Under the pieces are notes generated by a model that was not told the origin of the DNA, made no database searches, and saw only the letters and a list, made by a program, of their open reading frames with translations. A program made the position numbers and the translations under genes. A stretch of 64,000 nt of DNA from Candidatus Levyibacteriota bacterium (GTDB lineage: Bacteria > Patescibacteriota > Microgenomatia > Levybacterales > UBA12049), in assembly GCA_963716145.1 (NCBI GenBank), contig OY970292.1, positions 597,171 to 661,170 of the forward strand. The letters are read 5' to 3'. Positions 10,522 to 21,167 of this stretch are shown here, piece by piece. How positions within the stretch are numbered: position 1 is the first letter of the stretch; each line of letters opens with the position of its first letter.

Positions 10522-10980
10522 ATGAACATATCTGCCCTGCATTCATATTTAAGAACCAAAAACGAAGCAACTAAATTAATTCTCTTGCTTGAGAAGCTAA
10601 TTGATGAGCTTTTTAAAGAAATCTTTAGTCTTGATAAGATACTTGCAAGCGAGCTTACTCTGGAACTTAAAATTATTATTGAAAAACTCATAAAAGAATC
10701 AGGGATAAAGACTGAGAACAAAAAAGAAGTACAAGCTTTTTTAGCCAAATTACAAGAAGAGCTGTCCAGACTTCCGGTTGTTCACATAATTTTGTCTATC
10801 TCTCCAAAAGAACAACAGGTTGAGATAATTCACAATTGGTTTTACCAAAATTTCCAAAAAACCGTGCTGCTTGATATTTCAATAGATCCAACAATTATAG
10901 GAGGAGGCGTTATAAGCTTCAACGGACGCGCCAATGATTACTCGCTGAGAAACAAAATAGGCCAGATGCAAGATATCTAA
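10522..10980 (+). CDS. atpH: ATP synthase F1 subunit delta (OSCP)
   Basis: C-terminus 'IIGGGVISFNGRANDYSLRNKIGQM' matches the delta/OSCP signature. Operon position. Confidence 0.65.
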   Translation: MNISALHSYLRTKNEATKLILLLEKLIDELFKEIFSLDKILASELTLELKIIIEKLIKESGIKTENKKEVQAFLAKLQEELSRLPVVHIILSISPKEQQVEIIHNWFYQNFQKTVLLDISIDPTIIGGGVISFNGRANDYSLRNKIGQMQDI

Positions 10981-11128
10981 CTATTGAGTATAAAGAATCA
11001 AGTATAAAGTATTAAGGGCTTCCTTTATACCTAATACTTTCCCCTTTATACCAACCTTATGAGCGATTATAATTACTATCTTAAAAAGTACAACGAATAC
11101 GCAGAAGTAACGGAAATAAAATATCCTA

Positions 11129-12541
11129 TTGTTAAAGCGGTGGGACTACCCGGAAGCCAAAATAAAGGAAATTGTTGTGTTTGAGACCGGAGAAATTGGC
11201 CAAATTCACGACTTAAATTCAGATTTTATCCGCATAATACTTTTTTCACCTTTGGCCGTTAAGGTAGGCGCCAAAATAAGTAGAACCAATAGTCAATTAA
11301 AAATTCCGGTAAAAGATGACTTTTTCGGTCAGATCCTCAATCCGTTCTGTACTTCAGGTACCAATACTCTTAGCAGCGATGACAATTCTTTCCTTCCGAT
11401 TGACATATCTCCTCTAAGTATTAATGAGCGCATAAAGATTACCAAACCCTTAATAACCGGCACTGCTATTGTAGATATAATGCTCCCTCTTGGACTAGGG
11501 CAAAGAGAGCTTATTTTAGGAGACAGAAAAACCGGAAAGAGTACATTTGTTCTCTCGACTATCAAAAATCAAATCGATAACGGCGCCGTAGCAATTTATG
11601 CTGCCATTGGAAATAAAAATTCTGATATAAAAGAGCTCGGAGAATTTATGAACGCGGACCCCCAAAGGAAAAAAAATATGATAGTGGTCGCGACTTCAGC
11701 TTTTGAATCCCCCGGGCTTATTTTTTTAACTCCTTTTACGGCTATGACACTTGCTGAGTATTTCAGGGATCAGGGACGCAATGTTCTTGTAATTATGGAT
11801 GATTTACTTACTCACGCCAAATTTTACCGTGAGTTTTCTCTTCTCGCTGAGAGCTTTCCCGGGAGAGACTCTTATCCGGGAGACATATTTCACATCCATG
11901 CCAAACTGCTCGAGCGAGCCGGGAATTTCAAATATATAGGCAAGGGCCTGCCTGCAGGGAATCAAGGAGAAGTATCAATTAGCTGTTTACCAACTGCTGA
12001 AACACAGGATGCGGATTTAACAGGTTATATTATTTCAAATCTTATGAGTATTACGGACGGGCATCTCTTCTTTGATAATAACGTTTACGCAAAAGGCGTA
12101 CGCCCGGCGATAAACACTCCCTTGTCAGTTACTCGTGTTGGTAAACAAACTCAGGACAAGGTGATGAAAGACGTCAACCGTGAATTGAGTGCTTTATTTT
12201 CTGTTTATGAAAAAATTGAAAATCTTTCTCATTTTGGCTCCGAGCTGTCAGAAAGCGTTAAAAATACACTGGCGCTTGGAGAAAAAATTCAATCCTTTTT
12301 TAATCAGCCTGAAGGAATAACTTTTCCAAAAGAAGTATATCTCGTTCTCTTCTGCTACGTATGGCTGGGTTTTGTTAATACCGAATCAGAAATAGAGCAA
12401 GCACGTATGAAGTTAACAGCAATGATGCAAAATAAAGAAGAAAAACAATTCTTAACTGATCTTATCAGAGCAGACTCTTTCAATGATTTATTAAAACAAG
12501 TTGGTGAAAAAAAAGATATTCTATTGAAACCGATAAACTAA
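11129..12541 (+). CDS. atpA: ATP synthase F1 subunit alpha
   Basis: Walker A 'GDRKTGKST'; conserved alpha-subunit motifs. The first ~30 residues may be encoded in another frame from ATG 11041 (see findings). Confidence 0.9.
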   Translation: MLKRWDYPEAKIKEIVVFETGEIGQIHDLNSDFIRIILFSPLAVKVGAKISRTNSQLKIPVKDDFFGQILNPFCTSGTNTLSSDDNSFLPIDISPLSINERIKITKPLITGTAIVDIMLPLGLGQRELILGDRKTGKSTFVLSTIKNQIDNGAVAIYAAIGNKNSDIKELGEFMNADPQRKKNMIVVATSAFESPGLIFLTPFTAMTLAEYFRDQGRNVLVIMDDLLTHAKFYREFSLLAESFPGRDSYPGDIFHIHAKLLERAGNFKYIGKGLPAGNQGEVSISCLPTAETQDADLTGYIISNLMSITDGHLFFDNNVYAKGVRPAINTPLSVTRVGKQTQDKVMKDVNRELSALFSVYEKIENLSHFGSELSESVKNTLALGEKIQSFFNQPEGITFPKEVYLVLFCYVWLGFVNTESEIEQARMKLTAMMQNKEEKQFLTDLIRADSFNDLLKQVGEKKDILLKPIN

Positions 12542-12550
12542 ACTTAAAAT

Positions 12551-13444
12551 ATGGCACAGCAAAAACAATTACAGGAAGATATAGCAATCAATAAAGATTT
12601 CAAGCTATTAACCCGCTCTTACCAAGAACACGCAATTGAGCAGATTAATTTTGCAAGATACTCTGTCCTGGGATCAAGAGAATTTTCCGGTGATCTTTCA
12701 GATATTTTCGCCAATGTAAAATCTTCATACAAAAACCTGCTTCAAAGAAGAAATATTAAAAGTATTGTCAAAAAAAATGGCCGGGATGCTTGGGTCTTAA
12801 TCACGGCAAATAATAAGCTTTATGGAGATCTTATCCTGAAAATTTGCCAATTGTTTGCGGAAAATGTAAAAAAAAGCAATCCAAACAAGGTCGATTTAAT
12901 AATAATAGGCCGCCAAGGGAGAAACTTTTTTGAGGAACTTAAAACACAGAGACCTTATACATACTTTGAGGTACCGGACTTTAATGTAAGCGCGGATTAT
13001 ATGAAAGAAATTTGCCAAAACTTTATCTTGTATGAAAATATCATCGTGTACTATGGAAGGTTTAATAATATTGTTTCCCAAGCCCCTATCATCGTTTCCC
13101 TCTCGGGAGAGATTACAGAAGGAAAAGACCAGGAAAATGCAAACGTATCAAAAATAATCCCTGACGCAGGACAAAAAAAGGAGAATTTTATTTTCGAACC
13201 GTCGCTTGAAGAAATACTCATCTTTTTTGAAAAACAAGTTTTATCTCTCCTTTTAAATCAGGCTATTCAGGAAGCGCAATTGGCCCGCTATGCGTCCCGT
13301 ATAAACGCTATGGAGATAGCCCAAACTAACATCAAAAAACAACTTTACCGTTTAAAGCGGGAGGAAAAGATGTTCAAAAATATGTCTATGAACAAAAAAC
13401 AGCAGGAGCTATTGGCTGGAAGAGCACTCTGGGCAAAGAAATAA
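12551..13444 (+). CDS. atpG: ATP synthase F1 subunit gamma
   Basis: 297 aa. Lies between alpha and beta with the typical coiled N- and C-terminal helices. Confidence 0.7.
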   Translation: MAQQKQLQEDIAINKDFKLLTRSYQEHAIEQINFARYSVLGSREFSGDLSDIFANVKSSYKNLLQRRNIKSIVKKNGRDAWVLITANNKLYGDLILKICQLFAENVKKSNPNKVDLIIIGRQGRNFFEELKTQRPYTYFEVPDFNVSADYMKEICQNFILYENIIVYYGRFNNIVSQAPIIVSLSGEITEGKDQENANVSKIIPDAGQKKENFIFEPSLEEILIFFEKQVLSLLLNQAIQEAQLARYASRINAMEIAQTNIKKQLYRLKREEKMFKNMSMNKKQQELLAGRALWAKK

Positions 13445-14924
<1,480 letters not shown>

Positions 14925-15066
14925 TTTTCAATTTAAAATTTGAAATAAAATACAAATGTTTAAAACTTTAAATTTAAAATATTGAAAATTCAATGAAAAT
15001 TGTCCATTCGGCAAGCTCAGGATCCTGAGTTAATCGAAGGAAAAACTGAAAATTAAAAATTGCCTT
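14925..15066 (+). repeat. Leader module copy C with an embedded palindromic 'ggcaagctcaggatcctgag' insert
   Basis: Same 5' and 3' ends as copies A and B. The middle is replaced by the palindromic motif. Upstream of atpC. Confidence 0.7.
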
Positions 15067-15318
15067 ATGGATCCAAAACTTCTTACAGTATCAGTTAAGG
15101 GAGCAAATCGTCAGGAATTTCAAGGTCTTGCAACGTCTGTAACCTCACTGAACAATAAAGGTAAATTTGACGTGCTCCCCTATCATGCAAATTTTATAAC
15201 CCTTATTAAGGACTATGTAATTATCCAACAGCAGGATAAAAAACAAATCACTTTTCCTCTCTCAACAGGAATAATAAAAGTCCAAGGAGATAAAGTTCAT
15301 GTGATAATCGGGGTTTAG
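15067..15318 (+). CDS. atpC: ATP synthase F1 subunit epsilon (N-terminal beta-sandwich domain only)
   Basis: 'FDVLPYHANFITLIKDYVII' matches the epsilon 'GILPGHAPL..' region. Last gene of the operon. Confidence 0.6.
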   Translation: MDPKLLTVSVKGANRQEFQGLATSVTSLNNKGKFDVLPYHANFITLIKDYVIIQQQDKKQITFPLSTGIIKVQGDKVHVIIGV

Positions 15319-15656
15319 TTACTTCTTCTCTTACGCAAAACTTACGCCTCTATAAAACTCCTGTGACAAAAAATATGCATGATAATACTTCATGAAAGGA
15401 GGAAATACAAATGGGGAAAGAGATAGGTTACGGTGATTCACTTACCTTTCAAAGCAGCTCTAAAGAACCTCAAAAAGTTTCCCGCAATGGAGATGAATCT
15501 CCGTCTACCGGTCAGTGGGGTGTAACCAGAATGTCTCGCGCACAGGCGGACCAGGATCGAGTCAGTCTGCCATCTACTGCGCCACCGTTGAATTTGAAAG
15601 GATTACCATTACCTGAAAATAAAGAACCTGATCGTCCTCCCGCTGGTTAATACCAA

Positions 15657-16379
15657 CTACTTCGGTTTGGCTATAACAATCAACCTCTTCCAAGTTGTGC
15701 CTGGAGGCCAGCAAGTTTGAAGCACAAGCTGTTGTTCTCCTGTCTGAGGGCGTGCAATGTGGGTTGTATCTTTTGCGTCTGCGATCATTGTTTTGGACAC
15801 TACGTAATCATAGCGCCTATTCTCAAAAAAGACAATTATTTGATCGCCTGCTGACAAGTTCTTAAGCAAATAAAACACAGCATTATAACGTCCGACATTC
15901 CACCAGTTGTCTGTTGAATGAGCGAAAAGATATACATTGCCGGCAAATCCGGGGAAAACGCTCCCCTTGGCGTGAGCAATTCCTTTTTGCAGAACCTGCA
16001 AAAATTCAGATGAGTTTTCCGGATCAACATTGGGATAGACTTTGGCGCTTGCCCCGATTTTGGGTATCGTAATACTAAAAGTCGTATCAGAGGGGATCAA
16101 AATTTGTTCTTTGGATCCAGCCAAAATTTCAGCAAAACCAGGACTTTTGGGAGTAGCTCCTTTTGCATTTTTAAGAACATCGCCAAAGCCCTGCTGCCGC
16201 ACCGCTTCCTCAGCTGATGCAACTTTAAAATGCACACCCCTGAATTGGATTATCTGGAATTGGGCTTCATAATAAAGAGCCGGCCCAAATGTAGCAGCAA
16301 CACCATAAAGACTAAAAAGAACCAAGAAATTTCCCAAGGATCTGGTGAGTACAAATTTGATAGCATCATTCCGCTTCAT
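15657..16379 (-). CDS. Sortase-family transpeptidase
   Basis: N-terminal transmembrane anchor; 'NVYLFAHS' (catalytic His) and 'LVLQTCWPPG..KR' (TLxTC Cys plus Arg). Confidence 0.6.
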   Translation of the reverse strand: MKRNDAIKFVLTRSLGNFLVLFSLYGVAATFGPALYYEAQFQIIQFRGVHFKVASAEEAVRQQGFGDVLKNAKGATPKSPGFAEILAGSKEQILIPSDTTFSITIPKIGASAKVYPNVDPENSSEFLQVLQKGIAHAKGSVFPGFAGNVYLFAHSTDNWWNVGRYNAVFYLLKNLSAGDQIIVFFENRRYDYVVSKTMIADAKDTTHIARPQTGEQQLVLQTCWPPGTTWKRLIVIAKPK

Positions 16380-16429
16380 ACAATTAGTATAAAGTATTTT
16401 TAGAAAGTATCAAAATGGGTTTCAACTTG

Positions 16430-16501
16430 TATCCCTGAAGGGAATCGAACCCCCATCTCGCCCTTAGGACGGGCTTGCTCTATCCATTGAGCTACAGGGA
16501 C
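16430..16501 (-). tRNA. tRNA-Arg (anticodon CCT)
   Basis: Reverse complement 'GTCCCTGTAGCTCAATGGATAGAGCAAGCCCGTCCTAAGGGCGAGATGGGGGTTCGATTCCCTTCAGGGATA'. D-arm GCTC/GAGC; anticodon loop GTCCTAA; T-loop TTCGATT; 7-bp acceptor stem with G·U at 1:72. CCA is not encoded. Confidence 0.7.
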
Positions 16502-16585
16502 ATATATTGTATTCTAGCATAGAAGAAAGTAGAATAAATGTTTTACAATTTCTCCAGCTTCAGCTATACTAACCTTCTGTAATTT

Positions 16586-17314
16586 ATGGAATTGCCAAAA
16601 TTTATCCCCCGATATATTGGAGAATATAAGCCTGTTGATCATGGTGTAAAAGCCGACTGCGTAAGAGTTGGAGAAAGCGGATTGGTATATAAAGCGAGAA
16701 AAAAAGCAGTTAAGACTGCAGAAGAGGCTGAAAGGCTTGCGGGTGAGATGCAAAGAGATTACAGATTATTATCAAAATATTTGGGTCCATACGTTTCTTC
16801 AACCCAGTTTGTGATAGGAGATGGAAGTGACGGACCAACGGTTTTTGCATTTCAAGAAGAAATAAAAGATGGCATGAGTATTAAGCAAGCCCTAAAACTT
16901 GCACGGAAAGAAAATTTGAGCATTGAACATATAGTAGATTTATATAGCAGAGCAGGGGAAATGTACAAAGCAACCGGAAATCCACCTGATTTCAATGGCA
17001 CCGGACGCTTTCTCGGTTGGCCTAGACCAAACTCCACCCGGAATGTACTAGTAACTGTAAAGGAAGTTGATGGACAAAAAATGCTTTGGCCAAACGTAGT
17101 TGATGTCGGGCTTATCCGAGAGGGATATCTAACCCAACGCACTCATAAGGGTGTTCTTGCAAGGAGTATTTTCGACCAACATCTTGAACTAAGCGCTGTC
17201 GGGAGAGGCACATTGCGGGTAACGGATAATTCTGTCGATATAATTCCTATCGACCGAGCGATGCAAAGAGAAATAAAGGAATCCAAGAGACGCCATCCCA
17301 CCGCGCGATTTTGA
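16586..17314 (+). CDS. Hypothetical protein (242 aa; GC-richer than neighbours)
   Basis: Long ORF with no recognisable motif. Lies between the tRNA and the sigma-factor cassette. Confidence 0.4.
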   Translation: MELPKFIPRYIGEYKPVDHGVKADCVRVGESGLVYKARKKAVKTAEEAERLAGEMQRDYRLLSKYLGPYVSSTQFVIGDGSDGPTVFAFQEEIKDGMSIKQALKLARKENLSIEHIVDLYSRAGEMYKATGNPPDFNGTGRFLGWPRPNSTRNVLVTVKEVDGQKMLWPNVVDVGLIREGYLTQRTHKGVLARSIFDQHLELSAVGRGTLRVTDNSVDIIPIDRAMQREIKESKRRHPTARF

Positions 17315-17320
17315 GGTTAA

Positions 17321-17352
17321 TTACTTCAACTCTTCTTCGAGATAAACGTGGA
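17321..17352. repeat. 32-bp direct repeat, left copy (a duplicated copy of the ndk 3' end)
   Basis: 'ttacttcaactcttcttcgagataaacgtgga' versus 18081..18112 'ttacttcaactcttcttcgaggtaaacgtgga' (31/32 identical). The reverse complement encodes '...HVYLEEELK*', which is the Ndk C-terminus. Confidence 0.85.
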
Positions 17353-17417
17353 TGTCATCTTTTATATACTTACTGTTTCCGGCCTACTCAAGAATATGTT
17401 ATAATCCAAAATAAATT

Positions 17418-18065
17418 ATGGGAATTGAGAGGATTGAGGACCTACAAGGAGAAAATTTGGAAGAACTTTTAGCTCGTTGGCATGAAGGCGACCCAGTAGA
17501 TAGAATAAGAAGGGCCAAAACAGGAGACGAAGCTGCGATAGTAGAAGTAGTTACCTTAATGCATCCATACGCGTTGGCAGTTGCGGGAAGTTTAATGCCG
17601 GGATCTGCTGAAGCTGAAGACTTGGCACAACAAACGATGTTAAAAGCTTTAATATACTTAAACAGGTTCAGAAACCAGAATGCTGAGGCATTTCCAAATT
17701 GGATAAGTCGGGTTGTAAAAAATGATGTAGTTCGTGCAAAAAGAAAGATGGAAAGATCTATCCCTACTGACCCTCATATTTTGGATGAAATGAAATCCTC
17801 CGATGAGCCTTTTGAAGATGAGTCTATTAGAGTAATAGATCATCCTAGGCTAGAGCATGCAATGCGTACTTCCATAGGAGCACTGAGCGGAAGTCAAAGA
17901 ACCGTAATGTTGGGACTTACAGGAAAAGGTATATTTCCCGGTGATGATCATCTTTTATATAAACAATTAGCAAGAAGAGATGGTATACCAGTAGGCAGCA
18001 TTGGTCCGACCCGACGAAGAGCTTTTACACATTTAAGACCAGCGCTGAGAGAATTTAGGGGTTAA
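17418..18065 (+). CDS. ECF-type sigma-70 family protein (regions 2 and 4)
   Basis: Region 2-like 'DLAQQTMLKALIYLNRFRNQNAEAFPNWISRVVKNDVVRAKRK' and a C-terminal HTH-like region. Flanked by the 32-bp direct repeats. Confidence 0.5.
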   Translation: MGIERIEDLQGENLEELLARWHEGDPVDRIRRAKTGDEAAIVEVVTLMHPYALAVAGSLMPGSAEAEDLAQQTMLKALIYLNRFRNQNAEAFPNWISRVVKNDVVRAKRKMERSIPTDPHILDEMKSSDEPFEDESIRVIDHPRLEHAMRTSIGALSGSQRTVMLGLTGKGIFPGDDHLLYKQLARRDGIPVGSIGPTRRRAFTHLRPALREFRG

Positions 18066-18080
18066 TATCTAAAACGGAGT

Positions 18081-18112
18081 TTACTTCAACTCTTCTTCGA
18101 GGTAAACGTGGA
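18081..18112. repeat. 32-bp direct repeat, right copy (the native ndk 3' end)
   Basis: See 17321..17352. Confidence 0.85.
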
Positions 18113-18545
18113 CTTCTTCTGATTTATTCCATTCAAATATCTCATCTGCGTCAAACATTATTTTTATCTCTCTTTTTGCGATTTCTGCATCTTCTGATGC
18201 GTGTACCAGATTATATTGCTGGCTCATGGCAAAGTCACCTCTTATTGTCCCCGATTCCGCGTCCCTAGCTTTTGTAATACCAATCATCTTGCGCACAGTT
18301 GCAACACATCCTGCTCCCTCCCAGACCATAGCGACTATCGGATAAGACTTCATATATGACTTCAGTGCCGGGAAAAAAGGCTTATCTTTGTGATGAGCGT
18401 ACCATTCTTCAAGAAGAGTATCTTCAAGCGAGACCATCTTAATTGAGGCCAATTTGAGACCTTTTCTTTCAAAACGGTGAATTATCTCACCAATCAGGCC
18501 TCTTTGTACTCCGTCAGGTTTTACCAAAACTACTGTTTGTTCCAT
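18081..18545 (-). CDS. ndk: Nucleoside diphosphate kinase
   Basis: 'VVLVKPDGVQRGLIGEIIHRFERKGLKL...NLVHASED', with the active-site His in NxxHxS. Confidence 0.9.
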   Translation of the reverse strand: MEQTVVLVKPDGVQRGLIGEIIHRFERKGLKLASIKMVSLEDTLLEEWYAHHKDKPFFPALKSYMKSYPIVAMVWEGAGCVATVRKMIGITKARDAESGTIRGDFAMSQQYNLVHASEDAEIAKREIKIMFDADEIFEWNKSEEVHVYLEEELK

Positions 18546-18622
18546 AATAATTAGCTAATGGCCAATAGCGTATGGCTTATGGTTTCTATTTGCCATATGC
18601 CATTTGCTATACGCAAGGGATA

Positions 18623-19897
18623 TTATAATTTTAACAGCGCTTCTAGTTTTTGTCTATCTTCAAAATTACCAATCAAAGCAAGATTAAGGGTGTTTTCGAT
18701 GAAAAACTCTTTTCCTGCCTGTTCTACCTCTTCTTTTGTGACGTTATCCAAGTGGGCCAAAATCTGGTCAGGATTTTCAATTTCGTTTTCCAAAAGCTCC
18801 TGATGTCCATAAAATCCTGCAACTGAATTGCTGTCTTCAAGCCCAAGAACAAGATGCCCCTTCAGAAATTCTTTTGCCTTTGCAAGCTCTTTATCTGATA
18901 ATTCCATCTTTCCACTCGCCACCTTACTATACTCTGAAAGAATTACTTCTATTGCTTCTACAACTCTTTTTGGGTCAATTCCGGCGTTTGAAACCAAAGT
19001 ACCGGCATCCGTGTACTCATCGGAATTGGATCTGATGTAGTAAGCAAGTCCTCTCTTCTCACGAACTTCGTGAAATAATCTGCTGGACATTCCCCCACCA
19101 AGTATTGCGGCTAAAACAGACAATGGATATTTTTTGGATGATTTAAGTGAAACAGTCCTTACTCCCAAGGCAATATGAATCTGTTCTGTTTTTTTGGTTT
19201 TTATAAAAACTGCAGGTTTTGTCTGGTTTTCGGAAAGCGCCAATGGCTTGCCGGTTGCAAACTGTTTCATTGAAGAGAAATATTTCCCAACCAATCCTTC
19301 GGCAAGCTCAGGATCGATGCCTCCGGCAACGACTACAGTCATGTTGTCAGCGCTATAAAGTCCTCCCATGTAGTCACGGAAATCCTGCTGTGTGATTGTC
19401 TTGATATTTTCCTTAGGTCCCGCGATATCCCATCCCATCGGGGTATCGCCATATAGCAATTCTTCGTACAAGTCCCCAAGTTTTCGCATCGGATTATCCT
19501 CAATCATGTTAATCTCCTCCATTATCACTCCCCGCTCCTTGTCGATTTCTACAGGATCGAGTTTGGAATTCTGGAGCATGTCTGAAAGAAGATCAAGAAG
19601 GGTCTCAAGCTTTGCTTTTGCCGCCTTAATGTAATAACCTGTTATTTCTTTGCCGGTAAAAGCATTGAATTCCCCTCCAATTCCATCGATTAATGAAGAA
19701 ATCTCCATTGCGCTTGGCCTTTTCTCAGTTCCCTTAAATGCCATGTGCTCAAAAAAGTGGGAAATCCCATTATTCTTCTTATTCTCATAGCGGCTACCTG
19801 CCCCAACCATGACTATGACTGTAACGCTTTCAAGGGAGGGCATGGGAACTGTTATTACGCGGAGACCATTGGGAAGGAGTGTGCGCTTAAATTGCAT
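18623..19897 (-). CDS. M16-family (insulinase/pitrilysin) zinc peptidase
   Basis: Inverted zinc motif 'HFFEHMAFKGT' (HxxEH). 424 aa. Confidence 0.8.
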   Translation of the reverse strand: MQFKRTLLPNGLRVITVPMPSLESVTVIVMVGAGSRYENKKNNGISHFFEHMAFKGTEKRPSAMEISSLIDGIGGEFNAFTGKEITGYYIKAAKAKLETLLDLLSDMLQNSKLDPVEIDKERGVIMEEINMIEDNPMRKLGDLYEELLYGDTPMGWDIAGPKENIKTITQQDFRDYMGGLYSADNMTVVVAGGIDPELAEGLVGKYFSSMKQFATGKPLALSENQTKPAVFIKTKKTEQIHIALGVRTVSLKSSKKYPLSVLAAILGGGMSSRLFHEVREKRGLAYYIRSNSDEYTDAGTLVSNAGIDPKRVVEAIEVILSEYSKVASGKMELSDKELAKAKEFLKGHLVLGLEDSNSVAGFYGHQELLENEIENPDQILAHLDNVTKEEVEQAGKEFFIENTLNLALIGNFEDRQKLEALLKL

Positions 19898-19960
19898 TCG
19901 AGCCTTATTATAGCAAATTCGTGTGTTATTTAAAAGGTTTATTATGTAGGGACTCAGCTA

Positions 19961-21145
19961 CTATGCTGCTTTCAAAGCTTCTGTTACTCTTTTACTTGGT
20001 AAGGTACACTTAATTGAAATGGCATCCGATATCCTGTCTGACACGCTGTGTAATATATCAGTCTTTTTGGGTTCACGTACTTTCATTATTGCCATCTCCG
20101 AAACCACCTGCTTAAGCCTTTCACGAGCTTTTAGGATATCAAGCGAAGGATCAATTTCCTTTTTATACCGGTCAATTACAGCGAACAAACTCGACACATA
20201 TTGTCTTATTGCCTCAGCACACGCTTCCTCGCTTTCCAATAAATTATTGATCCCGTATTTGTGCATTTCGCCTGCAACGATAAGAGCGGGAACGCCCAAC
20301 TCCGGTAGATCTCCATCTTCTACCAATATATCCATTGCGTCTTTTGTTTTTAATACATAAAGGCCATTGCGGGCATTGATCCATTCTAGACCGGAAATAT
20401 TATTTGTAGCTATATCCATTAGTTTTTTATTGCGTTCATCAATGGCACTGGTATATGCCGGTACTTGTTTCTTTGGATATTCTGAACTAAATAAGTGGAA
20501 CTGCTTTGATGCTGCAGAAAGCCCAAATAACCCAACTGCTGCAAGCCTTAACGCATCTCTCCTACTAAAACTAGGCTCATCAACTTCTGCTAGTGCCAAG
20601 CTTAGCGCTGTAACTGCCGCAGTTAAAGCAATATCTTCTATTCTTGCTGATTGGCTAACAGGAGGATTAATAGCAGGCACCATTCTTTCGGCCGTATCCT
20701 TTCCCTTGCTTAATCCTTTTAGCTGATTGGAAACAATTCTATCTTTTAATCTTTGGTCTAAAGAATCTTCTGGGGAAAAAGCGAAATTATTTGCAGTTAT
20801 AGTATCTGCTGCAACAAGCCAAATCCCATCACGTCCGATATCACTTGGTCTGGCAGGCAAATGCAACCAGGTATTCATTTTCATACCATGAGTGTCGCGA
20901 TGAGTAGAAACGTTAACGCTGCTTAAACTATCAATAGTCAAAATCTGCGGACGGCATCTTTTTACACTATCCCTAACTTCTTTAAACCATACAGATGCAT
21001 TTAAATCACCGTTTTCAAGCTGTGTATACAGCCCCTTTACTCCGCTAGGTTCTACATGTAGTCCCAATCTGGCAGAAATATTATAATATGGATTTACTAA
21101 TTGCTCCCTTCTGGGTAAATGTCGAACCTCTGCCAAGCTTGTCAT
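19961..21145 (-). CDS. Hypothetical protein (394 aa)
   Basis: Long ORF with no recognisable catalytic motif. Contains an internal 'SRRDALRLAAVGLFG' twin-arginine-like stretch. GC-richer than its surroundings. Confidence 0.4.
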   Translation of the reverse strand: MTSLAEVRHLPRREQLVNPYYNISARLGLHVEPSGVKGLYTQLENGDLNASVWFKEVRDSVKRCRPQILTIDSLSSVNVSTHRDTHGMKMNTWLHLPARPSDIGRDGIWLVAADTITANNFAFSPEDSLDQRLKDRIVSNQLKGLSKGKDTAERMVPAINPPVSQSARIEDIALTAAVTALSLALAEVDEPSFSRRDALRLAAVGLFGLSAASKQFHLFSSEYPKKQVPAYTSAIDERNKKLMDIATNNISGLEWINARNGLYVLKTKDAMDILVEDGDLPELGVPALIVAGEMHKYGINNLLESEEACAEAIRQYVSSLFAVIDRYKKEIDPSLDILKARERLKQVVSEMAIMKVREPKKTDILHSVSDRISDAISIKCTLPSKRVTEALKAA

Positions 21146-21167
21146 TTGGCGAGATTATATCATAGCC

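Noticed and set aside
11041-11165. Separate small gene upstream of atpA (ATG 11041, 41 codons)
   Set aside because: Its translation aligns with the expected N-terminal beta-barrel strand of the alpha subunit. It is therefore treated as the frameshifted true 5' end of atpA rather than an independent gene.
15411-15650. 79-aa Pro/Ser-rich ORF between atpC and the sortase gene
   Set aside because: Low-complexity composition and no recognisable start context. It more likely marks an untranslated 3' region shared by the convergent atp and sortase transcripts.
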